A DNA stretch of 56,238 nucleotides, the filler included, from Jimgerdemannia flammicorona (lineage: Eukaryota), in assembly GCA_003990765.1 (NCBI GenBank). It is 3 parts of 3 records of this genome, joined end to end, with 100 filler letters (N's around TTAATTAATTAA, not from the genome) between each part and the next. Parts side by side here need not be neighbours in the genome. Positions count along the whole stretch, not along the records: positions 37,561 to 56,238 come from RBNJ01002139.1; 2 more parts are not named here. One strand, given 5' to 3'. Of this stretch, positions 47,901-56,238 are shown piece after piece. The position numbers were made by a program, and so were the translations under genes. Under the pieces are notes generated by a model. The model saw only the letters and a list, made by a program, of their open reading frames with translations. It was not told the DNA's origin and did no database searches. Positions within the stretch are counted from its first letter, which is position 1. Every line of letters begins with the position of its first letter.

Positions 47901-50900
47901 ATGGATTGACTGGGTGCTGGTAGGTAGCTGAATATTGGGGTAATGTTTTCAATGTGGTCAGGGTATGGTGGTGCCCATGGTCAGACCATTGGGGAGTGGA
48001 GGTGAGTGGGAGATTCCAGGCTATTAATGGGGGAGGCGGGTGCTGGCATCTCAATATAGCTCTGCTCTGGCATTCAGCAGAATGAGAGCAATTCATACAT
48101 GTAGCCCAACAAGAAGTAGAGCGATGGGTGGCTGGTAGTCTATCTATTGCAGATTGGTAGGGCAGATTCAAACACCTTGCTGGTGCATATTGGAGAGACA
48201 CTAGGGAAGTGGCAGGAAAGGAGCAAAAGGACAAGGAAAGGAGAGTTGAAAGGGGTCTGAGGTAGTGGCTGAAGCTGTTGGAGGATGGTTCACTGGCAGA
48301 AAAAAGGAAGGATCAACTCACTAGAGAAGTAGTCGACTTACAGGCAACTTTGAGAGAGGCCATGAATAGAGTTGTGGATAGGCTCCTGGTGCACCTAAGG
48401 ACTAGATGACTGGAAGAGGGTGAAAGACTGACTAAGTACTTATCAGGTGTTTTGAAGGCGAGGAATGTTCAACACAGCTGGTCTTCCATTTTGCGGGAAG
48501 ATGGTATTGAGGTCACCAGTATAGCAGATATATTGGAGGAGATCTCAGGACAATAGAGGACCCTTTGGAGTAATGATGACATAGGAGGGGGTGTTAGAGC
48601 AGGGGATGTTGTGGAGGCACCTCTAGTATGTGACTGACCAGTGGTGTCACTACCAGAGATTGGAGCTTCAGTATTTGGCAGAGTTTCTTTGGAGGAGGTG
48701 TTGGAGGTTTTGTGGAAAGCACTGAGTGGTTCTTCACCAGGGGAGGATGGTCTCTCTTGGGAATTTTAGAAGGAGTTTCGGGTGGAATTTGGAGCTTGGC
48801 TTATTGAAATGGTTAATTTTGTACTGGAAGAAGAACGGTGGATTGGGAATGGGAGTTTGGGTCTGGTGTCTTTGCTATATAAGGAGAAAGGTGACAGGAG
48901 GGAGTGGCGTAATTGGTGGCCGATTATGCTGCTAAATGTCGACAGGAAGCTAGTCTCCAAAATCTTAGCGGGGAGATTGCAGCAGTGGGTTGGAAGACTG
49001 GTAGGAGAAGAGCAGAGGGGCTTTGTGAAGGGTTGGCAGATTAGGGACAGTACTGCCTGGGTGCAAAATGTTTTGGAGGGCTGTAGGAGTAGGCAGATCA
49101 ATGGGAGGATGGTCTTTTTGGATCAAGAGAAGGCCTATGATAGGGTGCGGTGGTATTACCTAGAAGTGGTACTCCAGAAAGTAGGATTTAAGCTGAGAGA
49201 GGTTAGATGGTTGATGGGGCTGGTGCGAGGCTGTCGAGGGGCAGTACTGATGAATGGCTGGAGCAGTCCAGAGTTTATCTTGGGAAGAGGGGTTCCACAA
49301 GGAGACCCTCTTTCTCTGCTTCTTTATATCCTCTCGCTAGAACCAGTACTGGCCTGGCTGAGAGGACAGCTGAATGGACTGCATATAGGTAAGGTAGTTT
49401 GGAAGCTGGGGTCCTTTGCAGATGACATGGTGGTGGGGCTTGGCAGTGTGGAGGACATGGACATTTTAAGGGAAGAAATGGAACAGTATGAGGAGTTGGC
49501 AGGTGCAAAGTTGAACTGGGGAAAGTGTGAAACCTTAGAGCTTGGTACAGGCTTAGGGGTAGCAGGGCTTGGAAGAGTAGTGCCTAAGGGAGAGGCAGTC
49601 TGGTACTTAGGGATATGGTTTTCAGTATTCACGACTGTTCTGCTGAAGGAGTGGTGGAATTCCATAGTACAAAAATGGGAAGGTGTACTGACAGGCTGGG
49701 CTGGTCGAAACTTTTCTCTAGCAGGAAGAGTGGTGGTCCTGAATGTATACTGACTACCAAAGCTGTGGTACCTGGGTTATCACCTGGATTTCCCTGGTTG
49801 GGTGGTGCAGCATCTCAAGAAGACTATTGAAGGGTGGCTCTGGAAGGGTAGATGGCCACAGATTGGATGGGAAGCATTGGTGCTGCCAATTCCTGATGGT
49901 GGTTTGGGGTTGGTGGACTTTCAGCAAAGATTAAAGGCACTTAGGGGCTGGTGGGGTCACCGACTAGTAGAGTTAAGAGAAGGGAGCTGGGGCAGATTAG
50001 CGATGGACAATTGGGAGATCAGGTTCTGCCCCTGGAGTGTGGAGAGGAAGGATCTGCAAGGGCTACTTCAGGTTGGATCTGTGGGAAGAATACGGTTCAA
50101 AGGGTTCTGGTGGGGCATCATTGAGGCCTGGCTTATGATGGGCCTGACAGGGCCAGAGGTAGAGGCAATAGAGGAGGGGGTGGACCCTGAGCAGTGGTGG
50201 TGGTGACTTGGGTTACTTAGGGTAGGAGGGAAGGAGCTGAAGGACTATTCTCTGGTTGAGACAATGGAATGGGCCAGGTCAGGCCCTCTTGAGCAGTGGC
50301 CAGTAGGATGGCAGACAGCTAGTATTGGCAAGATGTGGGAATGGGGTAGAATTTGGGGATAGGCCACCACTCTGAATAAGGTGGTACCCCCTCGGTATTG
50401 GGTAGTTTGGTGGATGTTCCTGAGAAGGAATGTCATGTTGAACTATCAGACAGGATGAATGGTGGTTGATGGATGCAGAAATTGTGAATAGTGTATGGAG
50501 ATCTCTGGAGAAGTGGTTCAGACCCCAGAGCATGTCATAGAGGCCTGCCCAGGGGTGGAGGGCTATTGGCAAATGCTGGAGGAACATTGGGGCTCTGATC
50601 GAAGGAGGCAGGGGGAGTCAGTTAGTGTCATCATCTGGAGGTGACTGGTGGGAGATGTTGGGGACATTTGGGGAGGTGTTGGGTGGATTTTAGGAGTGTG
50701 GGTCTTAATGGCAGCACACTGGCAATGGGTCTTTGAAGGCAAATATTGAATGGGAATTGGGGACCTGGTTGAGTGATGGCATTGGCTAGTGCAGGAAGTA
50801 GTACAGGATTGGTGGTACCAGGGGAGGCAACAGAAGTTGGGGGCAGTAAAGAAAGTACAAGACATTGTAGTGTGGAGTCAGGGTCATTTGATATTAGATG

Positions 50901-53900
50901 AGGGTGGGGTATAGTGGAAAATTGGGGTGGGTTGATTGTACTTGTAGGTTTATTTCGCTCAGATAGTAAGGGATAGGATGTTGGCAGGTTATCTTTGTGG
51001 TTAATTCGTATAGACTAGTGGAATAAAGGAGTCCAAGTGACTATAAAAAAAAAAAAAAAATGTAATGGCTAATGGCAATGGAACTGCCAATCTGGAAAAA
51101 AATCCAGATGTGACTGCTGATGGTGGGGCTGAGAGGATGGGGCTTAGATGGTAGGGGAATTTGGTAGATAGTATGATGGGCTTAGCAGTAGCCCCATTAC
51201 TCAAAAAGTTGATCTTGGAGTTTGCAGTTACTTTGTGCTTCTGGGGCCTAGCAGTGATAGCAAAAATAGTGCTAGGGCTAATTGCTAAGCAGATGGCTGG
51301 GGCAGTATTGGTGAAGTTTCTGAAGGGTTTGGAGGAAGTGGAGATGGGCTTTGAGGAGACTGGACCTCTGGAGGAGGTGCTGAAGATAAGACTGACTGTT
51401 GGGAAGATATGTGTTCTGATGACCTGTTGCCTGAGATAGGACCCCAGGGTGGTATAACTACTGGTGAAAGGAGTGTCCATGGTGATGGTGGCAGAGACAA
51501 GGAGGAGAGTCAAAGAGGTTATGATTGAGTATAGAGAGGTGGTGGATGTTGGATTAAATATCTGAGAAGGGACCTCATTCCAGACTGGGGATATTGATGT
51601 CAGGATTCAGTTAGCAGAGAAGAAAGCTACTGAGAAGGCAAGGGACTGGGCTTTGGTAATGGTCTGGGGGGCAATCTTATATAAGGTAATGAGGGTAAAG
51701 GGGAGTGAAGAGGAGAAAGAGGACTTATTGAAGGTACTAAAAGAGCTGAATAGTATAGTAGAGCAGTAGGTGAAGGCTTGAAAGGCCTTTGTAGAGTTGA
51801 CACATTTGGAGGTAATGGATGAGAAGTGGATTCGAGTAGACAAGGGGTAGTGGGAGAGGGCCCAGAGATACAAGAGGCAGAAGAAGCTACTGGCTAAACT
51901 AGAGAGTAGATCACAGAAGGATGCAGGTAGAATTGAGGAAGCAGGGGATACCAAAGTAAGCATCTGAGCCAGTAAGGGTAGAGGAGTTGGGGGGAAGAGG
52001 ATGGGAGAGGATAGGGAGACAACTGGCAATGACATATATACAGATGGTATATTTGAAGAGGACTAGAAGGCCTCACCTACTCCTACCCCTCTTATCAGGT
52101 GAGGTCCAGCTTCTTGTAGCAGGGTGGCAGAGGATATGCCCATACAGAGGGCCCAGTGAGTATAATTTGGAGTTCTGGAGGTGGCAAAAGGGGGACAGGT
52201 GGTAGCAGTTGGAGAGAAGGAACTAGTGGATGTCTCAGAGGTGTAGAATGAGTCTGTAAGTATAGGGGCCAACACTACAATACTGGATGGAGGGAGGCCA
52301 ATGACTCTAGGGGAGAAAGAGGTGGGAAACCTACTTTGGATATGTAGGATAATGAATAACTTGGTGGCTGAAGAGTTGGGGGAGATAGACCTTAGAGTAA
52401 TGAGCAATGAGTATTGAGCACAGATCCTATAAGGAGATAGTGTAGTGGTGGCATTGAAGGTGGAAATCCTTATGGTGTACCTGGAGAAGAAAGAGTATGA
52501 GGTGGATAAGGAGAGGGAGGTGGAGCTGGTAGGTGTTGCTGGTGAGAGGGCTGACTACTGCTGGACTAAGCATCATAGATTGCAGCTCTGGCAGGAGGTC
52601 TGCCTGAAGTACTGGGAAGAGTTTGAGGAGAAGGTGGATGGGGAGATGAATGAGCTGTTGACTGGATTGGAGGCTAAGAGGGCTGAAGAAGAGGAGGAGT
52701 CTGTGGAATACAATCTGGACTTAATGCAGGAAGTAAGGAGCATGGAGTAGTAGAGGATGGACTTGATAACATACAGTATTTCCTTATGAATAGTACAACT
52801 AACATTTTTTCTTTGAATGTAAGTAGGTTATGGAGCTCTTTTTGATGTAGAAATATTTTTTCTTAGCTGAAGGAATTGAAGGCTGATCTCTTTCTTTTGC
52901 AGGACATCAGGTGTGAGGATGATCTGGATAGGCTGAAATGGACAAAGAAATGGAGAGGTGAGGCAGTTTGGAAGGACAAGGTTGGGATTCTGGTCCAGAG
53001 AGGCAGAGGAGAGATACAAAATGTGAGAAGCTGGAGAGATAGATTGGTCTGGGGAGAGTGGATACATATAGGTTGGAAGCCAGTTACAGTGGGGCTGGTG
53101 GTATGGGAGGATATGGAAAGGTTAAGTACTCTGGCAGATGTTAGCAGGGAGTTTTGGGGTAATAGGAGAGTATACACATATTGGGCAGGGGGCCTGGGGA
53201 TAAGGATTGACTGGATTTTGATGGCAAGCTGCTGGGGTTTGGATGTTTGGAAGTTGCTAGAGGTGGAGTGATATCTATGGTTAGATCATTGGGGGCTGCT
53301 AGGATAAGGACATTTTGGAGAAGTAAGGATGGGTCTGGACATTAGTACCTCAATTTCTCTTTATTGGATATAGGGTACTATAGGATAAGTGGGCTGAGGA
53401 CATTCAACAGAGGGTAACAGGCTGGAGACAGGAAGGTGCCCCAGTTGGTGTCTGGTGGATGGGGATGAAAGAGATGGCCAGGGTCTACTGGAGTGAGGCT
53501 GGCAAGGAGGCTGGGAAACAGAGGAGGTGAAGGGTGAGATGGGCTTCTGCTAGACTGGCTAGACTATTGGAAGATTGGACAGGGCTAGTGACTCTGAAGG
53601 GGAGAGAGAATTGGAGATTAATGCAGACAAAAATAGAGGTTGGAAAACTACAATAGGTGTTGCGAGAAAAGGAGGAGGCAAGGGTGCAGAGTTTGGTGGC
53701 ATGGCTTTATTGGCAAGATTTAGAGAAAGGAGAAAGGCCCTCAAAGTATCTCATGAGGGCCCTTTGGGCAAGAAGAGTGAAGCAGAGATAGGAGGGAGTG
53801 CTAGACTCTAATGGTATGCTGGTGTATAGTATACAAGACATTTTTGGATCATTAAAAGAGCAATAGAGTAGTTTATGGAGTAAGGAGGAGGGTGGGGCTA

Positions 53901-56238
53901 GTGCTGCCACCATTGACTGAGCATTGGAGAATTGGCACCCCCCTCAGGCAGAAGGGTTGAGTGGCTTGGTATTACTAGTTCAAGAGGAGGAGATACACCA
54001 GGTTCTTGCTGTAATAATGCTAGACATGACACCTGGGGAGGATGGTCTGCCCTGGGACTTCTGGAAGAAGATAGTGGGAGTCTCAGAGATACTGAGTGAG
54101 ATGATGATATTGTGTAATTTGATACTACAGTCAGAGAGATGGGTGGGGGGACAGGATCTGGGGCTGGTGATACTACTTTATAAGAACAAGAGAAGAAGAG
54201 AGAACTGGAAGAACTAGTAGCTGATCATACTGCTAGATATGGACAGAAAGTTGGTAACTAAGGTAGTGGTCACAAGGTTGCAGAAGGTGGCCCAGTAAGT
54301 ATTGGGTATTGAACAGAGGGGCTTTATAGAGGGTCAGCTCATTAGAGATGACACAGCCTGGGTATATGGAGTTATTGAAGGGACATAAGCTTGTAGACTA
54401 GATAGACAACTGGTCTTCTTAGATTAGAAGAAGGCATACAACTAGGTTAGATAAGTCTGGTTGGTGAAGATATTGGATAAGATCAGAGTCTCTCACCAGT
54501 TTTGGTCAGCAATGGTTGGCCTACTGGAAGGGAGTTGGGCAGCATATGTATAATAGACATAGAGGGGTGGTATTTCTTCTGGGTAGGAGTGTGCTCCAGG
54601 GGGACCCTCTGTCCCCCATTCTGTATGCTCTCTTCCTGAAACCTCTAATGGATAGGATTAGACAGAAGATAGTTGGGCTCTCAGTCTTTGGAATTGGGTA
54701 GAAAGTTAGTGCCTTTGCAGATAACATAGTGATTGGTCTGAGATCCATCACTGATATAGAAGAGCTCAAGAAGATAGTAGAGTGATATGAGATAAACTCT
54801 GGGGCTAAACTCAATTGATATAAGTGTAAAATGATAGTGTTAGGCAATGGTCTGGTGAGAGGGAATATCATTGGAACAATTATCCCTACTGGAGAGATAT
54901 GTAGTATGGTACTTGAGTATCTATTTGTCAGTATATGGGTTGGTCCTACTAAAACTTTGGTAAGAGTAGAGGGTAGCAATCTGGGGGGAGGCCTTGCAGA
55001 GCTGGAGTGGTTGCCACCTGTCTTTGGTGGGGCATATCTCAATCTTGAACATCTACTGGTTGCCAAAGTTGTAGTACCTAGTCTATCATCTGGACTTCCC
55101 AGCCTTGGTGGTGAAGAGACTAATGAAACTGGCCAAGGAGTAGATCTGGGCTGAAAGAAGGAGTCAAATCAGCTGAGAGTTTTTGTCCTTACTGGTGGCA
55201 AGAGGAGGCCTTAGGCTGGTTGACTTTCTGAAGAGACTATACTGCTTGAGAGCATGGTGGTTGAAGAGAGCAGTAGAGTTGAGAGGGGGTGGCTGGGTCC
55301 CTCTATTACAGAAGGTTGGAGATATGAGATCCTCACTGAGAGGCTCTACAGGAGATTTATTATCATTAATTGGACTTTGGAACACTGGGCACATGAGATA
55401 TAAAGGCTTCTGATAGGGGGTAGCAGAGAGAGTACACTGCATTGGAATACACTGGCAAGAAAATTAAGAGGAGATACCTTGAGACCCAGTGATGTAAAGA
55501 TGGGACCAAGTATTGTTAGGGGGCACTCTCTTAGTTAAATTCAATATTAGTGATGGGATCAAGTGCCAGAGGGGACTAGGCCAGGATCTGTAGCCCAGTG
55601 GATGGCAGTTGATAGATATCAGAGAGAAGTGGGACTGGTATAAAGTCTGGACCTGGAGTGCTAAGGTGAGGAGGTAGTTGCTGCTGAAGTACTGGGTGGT
55701 CTAGTGGTATATACTATGGAGGAATATAATACTCAACTTCCATGTAGGTCACCTTATTGAGGGAGAATGCTTTGACTATGAGGAGTACCATAATGTAGAG
55801 CAGGAAGGGGAATATGTACAGACACCTGAACATTGGCTAGGAGAGTGTGAGGTACTTAGTGACTTTTGGAGAGTTGTTGGGGATCAATTGGATATAGTGT
55901 ATAGGGGGGATGATACAAGGGATCAGTGGGAGGATTTGAGAGAGAGATTGATAGGGGGGGTGGGGAAGGAGTGGCTTATCTTAGGTTGGGTTTTGGTGAT
56001 TTGGATGGGGCTAACAGGTCACTGGTTATTTGTTTTTAAGGATGGGAGGAGACTGAGATTGGGGATATAGCTGGCAAGATAGCATGGGCTTATAGAAGAC
56101 ACTATGATAGACTGGTGGCTTGGTTGGGGTTTGTAGGGTGGTTGGAGGCATTGCTTAGTAGAGAAAATCTGTGAACAGAGTGGGGGGAGGGTTGGGGTGA
56201 TAGGTGAGAAAGTGGTCTTCATCTGTAAAGGGGTGGGG
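44915..56238 (+). mobile_element. Older LINE (segments 44915-45238 and 51061-56238) split by a nested LINE; runs to the window edge
   Basis: ORF1 5' part (ASFAEMVK) resumes after 51075 (MGLAVAPLLKKLIL...), followed by ORF2 APE/RT/CCHC fragments with many stops. Confidence 0.88.
45239..51060 (+). mobile_element. Full-length (~5.8 kb) LINE of a divergent subfamily, nested in ORF1 of another LINE
   Basis: 15-bp TSD TGTAAT(A/G)GCTAATGG at 45224-45238 and 51061-51075; polyA 51045-51060; RT ORF 48782-49753 (FLDQEKAYD, GVPQGDPLS, FADD); APE ILSINVNGL/FLQD/GGDFN/SDH. Confidence 0.95.

Overview
Eukaryotic, probably fungal, nested-retroelement region with no clear housekeeping gene. Two assembly linkers (N-TTAATTAATTAA-N) lie at 18682-18781 and 37461-37560. 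Contents: (i) about eight full or partial copies of a G-rich L1/Tx1-like LINE family (ORF1, then APE-RT-CCHC ORF2 and a polyA tail), three with 15-16 bp TSDs; (ii) several Ty3/Gypsy remnants, two with a dUTPase domain at different positions and one family with an extra unassigned CxxC-containing region in Pol; (iii) a decayed Penelope-like retroelement with direct and inverted pseudo-LTRs and no visible C-terminal endonuclease; (iv) a hAT-type MITE. Nearly all TE coding sequence is broken by C>T/G>A stops and has lost CpG (RIP-like or methylation-deamination). The exception is one intact, CpG-rich 365-aa orphan ORF (1405-2502) with its own TATA/TGACTCA promoter in an LTR-like context. A decayed homologue lies at 43717-44589, and that homologue's C-terminus and 3' flank recur at 19360-19740. 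This candidate TE-borne accessory gene family is the most novel-looking signal. All alignments and translations beyond the supplied ORF track were done by eye; no database search was run.
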